DNA from: the human T2T-CHM13v2.0 reference genome, Homo sapiens
NCBI RefSeq assembly: GCF_009914755.1
Contig: NC_060938.1
DNA length: 64,000 nt
Strand: one strand, 5' to 3'
Shown: piece after piece, positions 1 to 15,000 of the stretch
How positions within the stretch are numbered: position 1 is the stretch's first letter
Layout: the number at the start of each line of letters is the position of its first letter
Program-made: the position numbers and the translations under genes
The notes under the pieces: generated by a model
Seen by the model: the letters and a program-made list of their open reading frames with translations, nothing else
Told to the model about the DNA's origin: nothing
The model's database searches: none

Positions 1-3000
1 TAACTTTGTGACATAATCCTGTACTGATCATCCAGGTGATGGGGTTTTTGTCTAGGCTCTGCCTAAGGGGGCATTGTGACATATTTCTGCATTGATCACC
101 CAGGTGGCGAACTCTTCTCTTGGAACTGCCTATGGGGGCATTGTGACAAATCTCTGCACTGACAACCCAGGTGTCGTAACTGTTGTGTAACCTCTGCCTA
201 CAGGGGTATTGTGAGAGATCTCGCCACTGATCACCCAAGTGATGTAACCATTGTCTAGGCTTTGCGTACAGGGGTCTTTGTGACATACCTTTGCACTGAT
301 CACCCAGGTGATGTAACACATCTAAGTTCGGCCTAAAGGAGCTTTGTGACATATCTCTGCACTGATCACTTAGGTGATGTAACACTTTTATAAGCACTGC
401 CTACAGGGAATTTTGACAAATCTGTACACTGATCACCCAGGTGATGTAACTCTTGTCTACCCTCTGTCCAACGGGGCATTGTGAAATATCTCTGCACTGA
501 TGACCCAGGTGATTCAACTCTTGACTAGGATCTGCCTACCGAGGTTATTGTGAAATATCTCTGCACTGATAAACTAGGTGGTGTAACCCTTGTCCAAGTT
601 CTGCCTACAGGGGCGTTTTCACATATCCCTGAGCTGATGACAAAGGTGATGTAACTCTTGCCTAGGCTTTGCCTACAGGGGACATTGGACATATATCTGC
701 ACTGATCACCCAGGTGATGCATCTCTTGCCTAGGCTTTGCCTACTTGGGACATTGTGACATATATCGGCACTGATCAACCAGGTGATGCAACTCTTGGCT
801 AGGCTTTGCCTACAGGGGACATTGTGACATATCTCTTCAATGATCACCCATGTGATGCAACTCTTGTCTAGGCTTTGCCTACAGGGATCATTGTGACATA
901 TCTCTGCACTGATTTCCCAGGTGCTGTAACTTTAGTCTAGGCTCTGGCTACACGGCATTGTGACATATCACTGCAATGATCAACCAGGTGATATAACTCC
1001 TGTATATGCTCTGCCTACAGAGGGCTTGTGATATATTTCTGCACGGAACACCCAGGTGATATAGCTCTTCTCTAGGATCTGCCTACAGGGTGCTTTGTGA
1101 CATATCCCTGCACTGATCACCCAGGTGATCTAACTCTGGTCTAAGCTCTTCCTAAAGGGGTATTGTGACAGACCTCTGCAATGATCACTCAGGTGATGTA
1201 ACTGTTGTCTAGGCTCTGCTTCAAGGGGCCTTGTCACAAATCTCTGCACTGATCACCCAGGTGATGTAACTCTTGTCTAGGCTCTGCTTCCAGGGAATAT
1301 TGTGACATATCTATGCACTGATCACCTTAGTGATGTAACACTTGTGTAGGCTCGGCCTACAGGGGAATCTTGACATATCTCTGCACTGTTAAGCGAGGTG
1401 ATTTAACTCTCCTCTAGGCTGTGCCCACAGAGGGATTGAGACATATCTCTGCACTGATCCCGAGGTGATCCAACTCTTGCCTGGTCTCTGCCTACTGTGG
1501 ACATTGTGACATATCTCTGCACTGATCTCCCAGGTGCTGTAACTTTAGTCTAGGCTCTGGCTGCACGGCATAGTGACATATCACTGCACTGATCACCCAG
1601 GTGATATAAATCTTGTCTAGGCTCTGCCTACAATGGCCTTGTGACATATCTCTGCACTGATCACCCAGGTGATATAACTCTTCTCTAGGATCTGACCACA
1701 GGGTGCTGTGTGGCATTTCCCTGCAATGATCACCCAGGTGATATACCACTTGCCAAGGCTCTGCCTACAGGGGCATTGCAATGTATCTCTGCACTGATCA
1801 CCTAGGTCTTGTAACTCTTTTCTAGGATCTGCCCAAAGGGTGCTTTTTGACGTATCCCAGCAAGGATTACCCAGGTGATGTTCCTCTCATCAAGGCTCTG
1901 CCTACAGGCACATTGCGATGTATCTCTGCACTGATCACCTAGGTCATGTAACTTTTGTCTAGGCTCTGCCTACGATGGCATTGTGACATATCTCTGCACT
2001 AATCATCCAAGTGATGTAAACCTTGTCTAGGATCTGCCTAAATTAACTTTGTGACATAACCCTGTACTGATCATCCAGGTGATGGGGCTTTTGTCTAGTC
2101 TGTGCCTAAGGGGGCATTGTGACATATTTCTGCATTGATCACCCAGGTGGCGAACTCTTCTCTTGGAACTGCCTATGGGGGCATTGTGACAAATCTCTGC
2201 ACTGATCACCCAGGTTATGTAACTGTTGTGTAACCTCTGCCTACAGGGGAATTGTGAGAGATCTCGCCACTGATCACTCAAGTGATGTAACCATTGTCTA
2301 GGCTTTGCGTACAGGGGGCTTTGTGACATACCTTTGCACTGATCACCCAGGTGATGTAACACATCTAAGTTCGGCCTAAAGGAGCTTTGTGACATATCTC
2401 TGCACTGATCACTTAGGTGATGTAACACTTTTATAAGCACTGCCTACAGGGAATTTTGACAAATCTGTACACTGATCACCTAGGTGATGTAACTCTTGTC
2501 TACCCTCTGTCCAACGGGGCATTGTGAAATATCTCTGCACCGATGACACAGGTGATTCAACTCTTGACTAGGATCTGCCTACAGAGGTTATTGTGAAATA
2601 TCTCTGCACTGATAAACTAGGTGGTGTAACCCTTGTCCAAGTTCTGCCTACAGGGGCGTTTTCACATATCCCTGAACTGATGACAAAGGTGATGTAAGTC
2701 TTGCCTAGGCTTTGCCTACAGGGGACATTGGACATATATCTGCACTGATCACCCAGGTGATGCAACTCTTGCCTAGGCTTTGCCTACTTGGGACATTGTG
2801 ACATATATCTGCACTGATCACCCAGGTGATGCAACTCTTGCCTAGGCTTTGCCTACAGGGGACATTGTGACATATCTCTTCAATGATCACCCATGTGATG
2901 CAACTCTTGCCTAGGCTTTGCCTACAGGGATCATTGTGACATATCTCTGCACTGATTTCAAAGGTGCTGTAACTTTAGTCTAGTCTCTGGCTACACGGCA

Positions 3001-6000
3001 TTGTGACATATCACTGCACTGATCAACCAGGTGATATAACTCCTGTATATGCTCTGCCTACAGAGGGCTTGTGACATATCTCTGCACGGAACATCCAGGT
3101 GATATAGCTCTTCTCTAGGATGTGCCTACAGGGTGCTTTGTGACATATCCCTGCACTGATCACCCAGGTGATCTAACTCTGGTCTAAGCTCTTCCTAAAG
3201 GGGCATTGTGACAGACCTCTGCACTGATCACTCAGGTGATGTAACTGTTGTCTAGGCTCTGCTTCAAGGGGCCTTGTCACAAATCTCTGCACTGATCACC
3301 CAGGTGATGTAACTCTTGTCTAGGCTCTGCTTCCAGGGCATATTGTGATATATCTATGCACTGATCACCTTAGTGATGTAACACTTGTGTAGGCTCGGCC
3401 TACAGGGGAATCTTGACATATCTCTGCACTGTTAACCGAGGTGATTTAACTCTTCTCTAGGCTGTGCCCACAGAGGGATTGAGACATATCTCTGCACTGA
3501 TCCCGAGGTGATCCAACTCTTGCCTGGTCTCTGCCTACTGGGGACATTGTGACATATCTCTGCACTGATCTCCCTTGTGCTGCAACTTTAATCTATGCTC
3601 TGGCTACACGACATTGTGACATATCAGTGCACTGATCACATAGGTGATATAACTCTTGTCTAGGCTCTGCCTACAATGGTCTTGTGACATATCTCTGCAC
3701 TGATCACCCAGGTGACATAACTATTCTCTAGGATCTGACCACAGGGTGCTTTGTGACATATCCCTGCAATGATCACCCAGGTGGTATACCACTTGCCATG
3801 GCTCTGCCTAAAGGGGCATTGCAATGTATCTCAGCACTGATCACCTAGGTCTTGTAACTCTTTTCTAGGATCTGCCTACAGGGTTCTTTGTGACGTATCC
3901 CAGCAAGGATTACCCAGGTGATGTACCGCTCGTCAAGGCTCTGCCTACAGGCACATTGCGATGTATCTCTGCACTGATCACCTAGGTCATGTAACCTTTG
4001 TCTAGTCTCTGCCTACGATGGCATTGTGACATATTTCTGCAGTAATCATCCACGTGATGTAACTCTTGTCTAGGATCTGCCTACATTAACTTTGTGACAT
4101 AATCCTGTACTGATCATCCAGGTGATGGGGTTTTTGTCTAGGCTCTGCCTAAGGGGGCATTGTGACATATTTCTGCATTGATCACCCAGGTGGCCAACTC
4201 TTCTCTTGGAACTGCCTATGGGGGCATTGTGACAAATCTCTGCACTGACCACCCAGGTGTCGTATCTGTTGTGTAACCTCTGCCTACAGGGGAATTGTGA
4301 GAGATCTCGCCACTGATCACCCAAGTGATGTAACCATTGTCTAGGCTTTGCGTATAGGGGTCTTTGTGACATACCTTTGCACTGATCACCCAGGTGATGT
4401 AACACATCTAAGTTCGGCCTAAAGGAGCTTTGTGACATATCTCTGCACTGATCACTTAGGTGATGTAACACTTTTATAAGCACTGCCTACAGGGAATTTT
4501 GACAAATCTGTACACTGATCACCCAGGTGATGTAACTCTTGTCTACCCTCTGTCCAACGGGGCATTGTGAAATATCTCTGCACTGATGACCCAGGTGATT
4601 CAACTCTTGACTAGGATCTGCCTACCGAGGTTATTGTGAAATATCTCTGCACTGATAAACTAGGTGGTGTAACCCTTGTCCAAGTTCTGCCTACAGGGGC
4701 GTTTTCACATATCCCTGAGCTGATGACAAAGGTGATGTAACTCTTGCCTAGGCTTTGCCTACAGGGGACATTGGACATATATCTGCACTGATCACCCAGG
4801 TGATGCATCTCTTGCCTAGGCTTTGCCTACTTGGGACATTGTGACATATATCGGCACTGATCAACCAGGTGATGCAACTCTTGGCTAGGCTTTGCCTACA
4901 GGGGACATTGTGACATATCTCTTCAATGATCACCCATGTGATGCAACTCTTGTCTAGGCTTTGCCTACAGGGATCATTGTGACATATCTCTGCACTGATT
5001 TCCCAGGTGCTGTAACTTTAGTCTAGGCTCTGGCTACACGGCATTGTGACATATCACTGCAATGATCAACCAGGTGATATAACTCCTGTATATGCTCTGC
5101 CTACAGAGGGCTTGTGATATATTTCTGCACGGAACACCCAGGTGATATAGCTCTTCTCTAGGATCTGCCTACAGGGTGCTTTGTGACATATCCCTGCACT
5201 GATCACCCAGGTGATCTAACTCTGGTCTAAGCTCTTCCTAAAGGGGTATTGTGACAGACCTCTGCAATGATCACTCAGGTGATGTAACTGTTGTCTAGGC
5301 TCTGCTTCAAGGGGCCTTGTCACAAATCTCTGCACTGATCACCCAGGTGATGTAACTCTTGTCTAGGCTCTGCTTCCAGGGAATATTGTGACATATCTAT
5401 GCACTGATCACCTTAGTGATGTAACACTTGTGTAGGCTCGGCCTACAGGGGAATCTTGACATATCTCTGCACTGTTAAGCGAGGTGATTTAACTCTTCTC
5501 TAGGCTGTGCCCACAGAGGGATTGAGACATATCTCTGCACTGATCCCGAGGTGATCCAACTCTTGCCTGGTCTCTGCCTACTGTGGACATTGTGACATAT
5601 CTCTGCACTGATCTCCCAGGTGCTGTAACTTTAGTCTAGGCTCTGGCTGCACGGCATAGTGACATATCACTGCACTGATCACCCAGGTGATATAAATCTT
5701 GTCTAGGCTCTGCCTACAATGGCCTTGTGACATATCTCTGCACTGATCACCCAGGTGATATAACTCTTCTCTAGGATCTGACCACAGGGTGCTGTGTGGC
5801 ATTTCCCTGCAATGATCACCCAGGTGATATACCACTTGCCAAGGCTCTGCCTACAGGGGCATTGCAATGTATCTCTGCACTGATCACCTAGGTCTTGTAA
5901 CTCTTTTCTAGGATCTGCCCAAAGGGTGCTTTTTGACGTATCCCAGCAAGGATTACCCAGGTGATGTACCTCTCATCAAGGCTCTGCCTACAGGCACATT

Positions 6001-9000
6001 GCGATGTATCTCTGCACTGATCACCTAGGTCATGTAACTTTTGTCTAGGCTCTGCCTACGATGGCATTGTGACATATCTCTGCACTAATCATCCAAGTGA
6101 TGTAAACCTTGTCTAGGATCTGCCTAAATTAACTTTGTGACATAACCCTGTACTGATCATCCAGGTGATGGGGCTTTTGTCTAGTCTGTGCCTAAGGGGG
6201 CATTGTGACATATTTCTGCATTGATCACCCAGGTGGCGAACTCTTCTCTTGGAACTGCCTATGGGGGCATTGTGACAAATCTCTGCACTGATCACCCAGG
6301 TGTCGTAACTGTTGTGTAACCTCTGCCTACAGGGGAATTGTGAGCGATCTCGCCACTGATCACTCAAGTGATGTAACCATTGTCTAGGCTTTGCGTACAG
6401 GGGGCTTTGTGACATACCTTTGCACTGATCACCCAGGTGATGTAACACATCTAAGTTCGGCCTAAAGGAGCTTTGTGACATATCTCTGCACTGATCACTT
6501 AGGTGATGTAACACTTTTATAAGCACTGCCTACAGGGAATTTTGACAAATCTCTGCACTGATCACCTAGGTGATGTAACGCTCGTCTACCCTCTGTCCAA
6601 CGGGGCATTGTGAAATATCTCTGCACTGATCACCCAGGTGATTCAACTCTTGACTAGGATCTGCCTACAGAGGTTATTGTGAAATATCTCTGCACTGATA
6701 AACTAGGTGGTGTAACCCTTATCCAAGCTCTGCCTACAGGGGCGTTTTCACATATCCCTGAAGTGATGACAAAGGTGATGTAACTCTTGCCTAGGCGTTG
6801 CCTACAGTGGACATTGGACATATATCTGCACTGATCACCCAGCTGATGCAACTCTTGCCTAGGCTTTGCCTACAGGGGACATTGTGACATATCGCTTCAA
6901 TGATCACCCATGTGATGAAACTCTTGCCTAGGCTTTGCCTACAGGGGACATTGTGACATATCTCTACACTGATCTCCCAGGTGCTGTAACTTTAGTCTAG
7001 ACTCTGGATACACGGCATTGTGACATATCTCTGCACTGATCACCCAGGTGATATAACTCTTCTCTAGGATCTGCCTACAGGGTGCTTTGTGACATATCCC
7101 TGCAATGATCACCCAGGTGATCTAACTCTGGTTTAAGCTCTGCCTAAATGGGCATTGTGACAGATCTCTGCACTGATCACTCAGGTGATGTAACTATTGT
7201 TTAGGCTCTGCATAAAGGGGCCTTGTCACATATCTCTGCACTGATCACCCAGGTGATGTAACTCTTGTCTAGCCTCTGTTTTCACGGCACATTTTGACAT
7301 ATCTATGCACTGATCACCTTAGTGATGTAACACTTGTGTAGGCTCGGCCTACAGGGGAATATTGACATATCTCTGCACTGTTAACCGAGGTGATTTAACC
7401 CTTGTCTAGGCTGTGACCACAGGGGGATTGAGACATATCTCTGCACTGATCCCGAGGTGATCCAACTGTTCCCTGGTCTCTGCCTACTGGGGACATTGTG
7501 ACATATCTCTGCACTGATCTCCCAGGTGCTGTAACTTTAGTCTAGGCTCTGGCTACACGGCATTGTGACATATCACTGCACTGATCACCCAGGTGATATA
7601 AATCTTGTCTAGGCTCTGCCTACAATGGCCTTGTGACATATCTCTGCACTGATCACCCAGGTGATATAACTCTTCTCTAGGATCTGACCACAGGGTGCTT
7701 TGTGGCATTTCCCTGCAATGATCACCCAGGTGATATACCACTTGCCAAGGCTCTGCCTACAGGGGTATTGCAATGTATCTCTGCACTGATCACCTAGGTC
7801 TTGTAACTCTTTTCTAGGATCTGCCCACAGGGTGCTTTTTGACGTATCCCAGCAAGGATTACCCAGGTGATGTACCTCTCATCAAGGCTCTGCCTACAGG
7901 CACATTGCGATGTATCTCTGCACTGATCACCTAGGTCATGTAACTTTTGTCTAGGCTCTGCCTACGATGGCATTGTGACATATCTCTGCACTAATCATCC
8001 AAGTGATGTAACCCTTGTCTAGGATCTGCCTAAATTAACTTTGTGACATAACCCTGTACTGATCATCCAGGTGATGGGGCTTTTGTCTAGACTCTGCCTA
8101 AGGGGGCATTTTGACATATTTCTGCATTGATCACCCAGGTGGCGAACTCTTCTCTTGGATCTGCCTATGGGGGCATTGTGACAAATCTCTGCACTGATCA
8201 CCCAGGTGTCGTAACTGTTGTGTAACCTCTGCCTACAGGGGAATTGTGAGAAATCTCGCCACTGATCACCCAAGTGATGTAACCATTGTCTAGGCTTTGC
8301 GTACAGGGGGCTTTGTGACATACCTTTGCACTGATCACCCAGGTGATGTAACACATCTAAGTTCGGCCTAAAGGAGCTTTGTGACATATCTCTGCACTGA
8401 TCACTTAGGTGATGTAACACTTTTATAAGCACTGCCTACAGGGAGTTTTGACAAATCTCTGCACTGATCACCTAGGTGATGTAACTCTTGTCTACCCTCT
8501 GTCCAACGGGGCATTGTGAAATATCTCTGCACTGATCACCCAGGTGATTCAACTCTTGAGTAGGATCTGCCTACAGAGGTTATTGTGAAATATCTCTGCA
8601 CAGATAAACTAGGTGGTGTAAACCTTATCCAAGCTCTGCCTACAGGGGAGTTTTCACATATCCCTGAAGTGATGACAAAGGTGATGTAACTCTTGCCTAG
8701 GCTTTGCCTACAGGGGACATTGAACATATATCTGCACTGATCACCCAGCTGATGCAACTCTTGCCTAGGCTTTGCCTACAGGGGACATTGTGACATATCG
8801 CTTCAATGATCACCCATGTGATGCAACTCTTGCCTAGGCTTTGCCTACAGGGGACATTGTGACATATCTCTTCACTGATCTCCCAGGTGCTGTAACTTTA
8901 GTCTAGACTCTGGCTACACGGCATTGTGACATATCACTGCACTGATCTACCAGGTGATATAACTCTTGTCTAGGATCTGCCTACAGGGGGCTTGTGACAT

Positions 9001-12000
9001 ATCTCTGCACTGATCACCCAGGTGATATAACTCTTCTCTAGGATCTGCTTACAGGCTGCTTTTTGACATATCCCTGCAATGATCACCCAGGTGTTCTAAC
9101 TCTGGTTTAAGCTCTGCCTAAAGGGGCATTGTGACAGATCTCTGCACTGATCACTCAGGTGATGTAACTATTGTCTGGGCTCTGCTTAAAGGGGCCTTGT
9201 CACATATCTCTGCACTGATCACCCAGGTGATGTAACTCTTGTCTAGCCTCTGCTTTCACGGCATATTTTGACATATCTATGCACTGATAACCTTAGTGAT
9301 GTAACACTTGCGTAGGCTCGGCCTACAGGGGAATATTGACATATCTCTGCACTGTTAACGGAGGTGATTTAACTCTTGTCTAGGCTGTGCCCACAGGGGG
9401 ATTGAGACATATCTCTGCACTGATCCCGAGGTGATCCAACTGTTGCCTGGTCTCTGCCTACTGGGGACATTGTGACATATCTCTGCACTGATCTCCCAGG
9501 TGCTGTAACTTTAGTCTAGGCTCTGGCTACACGGCATAGTGACATATCACTGCACTGATCACCCAGGTGATATAAATCTTGTCTAGGCTCTGCCTACAAT
9601 GGCCTTGTGACATATCTCTGCACTGATCACCCAGGTGATATAACTCTTCTCTAGGATCTGACCACAGGGTGCTGTGTGGCATTTCCCTGCAATGATCACC
9701 CAGGTGATATACCACTTGCCAAGGCTCTGCCTACAGGGGCATTGCAATGTATCTCTGCACTGATCACCTAGGTCTTGTAACTCTTTTCTAGGATCTGCCC
9801 ACAGGGTGCTTTTTGAAGTATCCCAGCAAGGATTACCCAGGTGATGTACCTCTCATCAAGGCTCTGCCTACAGGCACATTGCGATGTATCTCTGCACTGA
9901 TCACCTAGGTCATGTAACTTTTGTCTAGGCTCTGCCTACGATGGCATTGTGACATATCTCTGCACTAATCATCCAAGTGATGTAACCCTTGTCTAGGATC
10001 TGCCTAAATTAACTTTGTGACATAACCCTGTACTGATCATCCAGGTGATGGGGCTTTTGTCTAGTCTCTGCCTAAGGGGGCATTGTGACATATTTCTGCA
10101 TTGATCACCCAGGTGGCGAACTCTTCTCTTGGAACTGCCTATGGGGGCATTATGACAAATCTCTGCACTGATCACCCAGGTTATGTAACTGTTGTGTAAC
10201 CTCTGCCTACAGGGGAATTGTGAGTGATCTCGCCACTGATCACTCAAGTGATGTAACCATTGTCTAGGCTTTGCGTACAGGGGGCTTTGTGACATACCTT
10301 TGCACTGATCACCCAGGTGATGTAACACATCTAAGTTCGGCCTAAAGGAACTTTGTGACATATCTCTGCACTGATCACTTAGGTGATGTAACACTTTTAT
10401 AAGCACTGCCTACAGGGAATTTTGACAAATCTCTGCACTGATCACCTAGGTGATGTAACGCTCGTCTACCCTCTGTCCAACGGGGCATTGTGAAATATCT
10501 CTGCACTGATCACCCAGGTGATTCAACTCTTGACTAGGATCTGCCTACAGAGGTTATTGTGAAATATCTCTGCACTGATAAACTAGGTTGTGTAACCCTT
10601 ATCCAAGCTCTGCCTACAGGGGCGTTTTCACATATCCCTGAAGTGATGACAAAGGTGATGTAACTCTTGCCTAGGCTTTGCCTACAGGGGACATTGGACA
10701 TAAATCTGCACTGATCACCCAGCTGATGCAACTCTTGCCTAGGCTTTGCCTACAGGGGACATTGTGACATATCGCTTCAATGATCACCCATGTGATGAAA
10801 CTCTTGCCTAGGCTTTGCCTACAGGGGACATTGTGACATATCTCTGCACTGATGTCCCAGGTGCTGTAACTTTAGTCTAGACTCTGGCTACACGGCATTG
10901 TGACATATCACTGCACTGATCAACCAGGTGATATAACTCTTGTCTAGGCTCTGCCTACAGGGGCTTGTGACATATCTCTGCACTGATCACCCAGGTGATA
11001 TAACTCTTCTCTAGGATCTGCCTACAGGGTGCTTTGTGACATATCCCTGCAATGATCACCCAGGTGATCTAACTCTGGTTTAAGCTGTGCCTAAAGGGGC
11101 ATTGTGACAGATCTCTGCACTGATCACTCAGGTGATGTAACTATTGTTTAGGCTCTGCATAAAGGGGCCTTGTCACATATCTCTGCACTGATCACCCAGA
11201 TGATGTAACTCTTGTCTAGCCTCTGCTTTCACGGCACATTTTGTCATATCTATGCACTGATCACCTTAGTGATGTAACACTTGTGTAGGCTCGGCCTACA
11301 GGGGAATATTGACATATCTCTGCACTGTTAACCGAGGTGATTTAACCCTTGTCTAGGCTGTGACCACAGGGGGATTGAGACATATCTCTGCACTGATCCC
11401 GAGGTGATCCAACTGTTCCCTGGTCTCTGCCTACTGGGGACATTGTGACATATCTCTGCACTGATCTCCCAGGTGCTGTAACTTTAGTCTAGCCTCTGGC
11501 TACACGGCATTGTGACATATCACTGCACTGATCACCCAGGTGATATAAATCTTGTCTAGGCTCTGCCTACAATGGCCTTGTGACATATCTCTGCACTGAT
11601 CACCCAGGTGATATAACTCTTCTCTAGGATCTGACCACAGGGTGCTTTGTGGCATTTCCCTGCAATGATCACCCAGGTGATATACCACTTGCCAAGGCTC
11701 TGCCTACAGGGGTATTGCAATGTATCTCTGCACTGATCACCTAGGTCTTGTAACTCTTTTCTAGGATCTGCCCACAGGGTGCTTTTTGACGTATCCCAGC
11801 AAGGATTACCCAGGTGATGTACCTCTCATCAAGGCTCTGCCTACAGGCACATTGTGATGTATCTCTGCACTGATCACCTAGGTCATGTAACTTTTGTCTA
11901 GGCTCTGCCTACGATGGCATTGTGAAATATCTCTGCACTAATCATCCAAGTGATGTAACCCTTGTCTAGGATCTGCCTAAATTAACTTTGTGACATAACC

Positions 12001-15000
12001 CTGTACTGATCATCCAGGTGATGGGGCTTTTGTCTAGACTCTGCCTAAGGGGGCATTTTGACATATTTCTGCATTGATCACCCAGGTGGCGAACTCTTCT
12101 CTTGGATCTGCCTATGGGGGCATTGTGACAAATCTCTGCACTGATCACCCAGGTGTCGTAACTGTTGTGTAACCTCTGCCTACAGGGGAATTGTGAGCGA
12201 TCTCGCCACTGATCACCCAAGTGATGTAACCATTGTCTAGGCTTTGCGTACAGGGGGCTTTGTGACATACCTTTGCACTGATCACCCAGGTGATGTAACA
12301 CATCTAAGTTCGGCCTAAAGGAGCTTTGTGACATATCTCTGCACTGATCACTTAGGTGATGTAACACTTTTATAAGCACTGCCTACAGGGAGTTTTGACA
12401 AATCTCTGCACTGATCACCTAGGTGATGTAACTCTTGTCTACCCTCTGTCCAACGGGGCATTGTGAAATATCTCTGCACTGATCACCCAGGTGATTCAAC
12501 TCTTGAGTAAGATCTGCCTACAGAGGTTATTGTGAAATATCTCTGAACAGATAAACTAGGTGGTGTAAACCTTATCCAAGCTCTGCCTACAGGGGAGTTT
12601 TCACATATCCCTGAAGTGATGACAAAGGTGATGTAACTCTTGCCTAGGCTTTGCCTACAGGGGACATTGAACATATATCTGCACTGATCACCCAGCTGAT
12701 GCAACTCTTGCCTAGGCTTTGCCTACAGGGGACATTGTGACATATCGCTTCAATGATCACCCATGTGATGCAACTCTTGCCTAGGCTTTGCCTACAGGGG
12801 ACATTGTGACATATCTCTTCACTGATCTCCCAGGTGCTGTAACTTTAGTCTAGACTCTGGCTACACGGCATTGTGACATATCACTGCACTGATCTACCAG
12901 GTGATATAACTCTTGTCTAGGATCTGCCTACAGGGGGCTTGTGACATATCTCTGCACTGATCACCCAGGTGATATAACTCTTCTCTAGGATCTGCTTACA
13001 GGCTGCTTTGTGACATATCCCTGCAATGATCACCCAGGTGATCTAACTCTGGTTTAAGCTCTGCCTAAAGGGGCATTGTGACAGATCTCTGCACTGATCA
13101 CTCAGGTGATGTAACTATTGTCTAGGCTCTGCTTAAAGGGGCCTTGTCACATATCTCTTCACTGATCACCCAGGTGATGTAACTCTTGTCTAGCCTCTGC
13201 TTTCACGGCATATTTTGACATATCTATGCACTGATAACCTTAGTGATGTAACACTTGCGTAGGCTCGGCCTACAGGGGAATATTGACATATCTCTGCACT
13301 GTTAACGGAGGTGATTTAACTCTTGTCCAGGCTGTGCCCACAGGGGGATTGAGACATATCTCTGCACTGATCCCGAGGTGATCCAACTGTTGCCTGGTCT
13401 CTGCCTACTGGGGACATTGTGACATATCTCTGCACTGATCTCCCAGGTGCTGTAACTTTAGTCTAGGCTCTGGCTACATGTCATTGTGACATATCACTGC
13501 ACTGATCACCCAGGTGATATAAATCTTGTCTAGGCTCTGCCTACAATGGCCTTGTGACATATCTCTGCACTGATCACCCAGGTGATATAACTCTTCTCTA
13601 GGATCTGACCACAGGGTGCTTTGTGGCATTTCCCTGCAATGATCACCCAGGTGATATACCACTTGCCAAGTCTCTGCCTACAGGGCATTGCAATGTATCT
13701 CTGCACTGATCACCTAGGTCTTGTAACTCTTTTCTAGGATCTGCCCACAGGGTGCTTTTTGACGTATCCCAGCAAGGATTACCCAGGTGATGTACCTCTC
13801 ATCAAGGCTCTGCCTACAGGCACATTGCGATGTATCTCTGCACTGATCACCTAGGTCATGTAACTTTTGTCTAGGCTCTGCCTACGATGGCATTGTGACA
13901 TATCTCTGCACTAATCATCCAAGTGATGTAACCCTTGTCTAGGATCTGCCTAAATTAACTTTGTGACATAACCCTGTACTGATCATCCAGGTGATGGGGC
14001 TTTTGTCTAGGCTCTGCCTAAGGGGGCATTGTGACATATTTCTGCATTGATCACCCAGGTGGCGAACTCTTCTCTTGGATCTGCCTATGGGGGCATTGTG
14101 ACAAATCTCTGCACTGATCACCCAGGTGATGTAACTGTTGTGTAACCTCTGCCTACAGGGGTATTGTGAGAGATCTCGCCAGTGATCACCCAAGTGATGT
14201 AACCATTGTCTAGGCTTTGCGTACAGGGGGCTTTGTGACATACCTTTGCACTGATCACCCAGGTGATGTAACACATCTAAGTTCGGCCTAAAGGAGCTTT
14301 GTGGCATATCTCTGCACTGATCACTTAGGTGATGTAACACTTTTATAAGCACTGCCTACAGGGAATTTTGAAAAATCTCTGCACTGATCACCTAGGTGAT
14401 GCAACTCTTGTCTACCCTCTGTCCAACGGGGCATTGTGAAATATCTCTGCACTGATGACTCAGGTGATTCAACTCTTGACTAGGATCTGCCTACAGAGGT
14501 TATTGTGAAATATCTCTGCACTGATAAACTAGGTTGTGTAACCCTTATCCAAACTCTGCCTACAGGGGCGTTTTCACATATCCCTGAACTGATGACAAAG
14601 GTGATGTAACTCTTGCCTAGGCTTTGCCTACAGGGGACATTGGACATATATCTGCACTGATCACCCAGGTGATGCAACTCTTTCCTAGGCTTTGCCTATA
14701 GGGGACATTGTGACATATCTCGGCACTGATCTCCCAGGTGCTGTAACTTTAGTCTAGGCTCTGGCTACACGGCTTTGTGACATATCACTGCACTGATCAA
14801 CCAGGTGATATAACTCTTGTCTAGGCTCTGCCTACAGGTGGCTTGTGGCATATATCTGCACTGATCAACCAGGTGATATAACTCTTCTCCAGGATCTGCC
14901 TACAGGGTACTTTGTGACATATCCCTGCACTGATCACCCAGGTGATCTAACTCTGGTTTAAGCTCTGCCTAAATGGGCATTGTGACAGATCTCTGCACTG

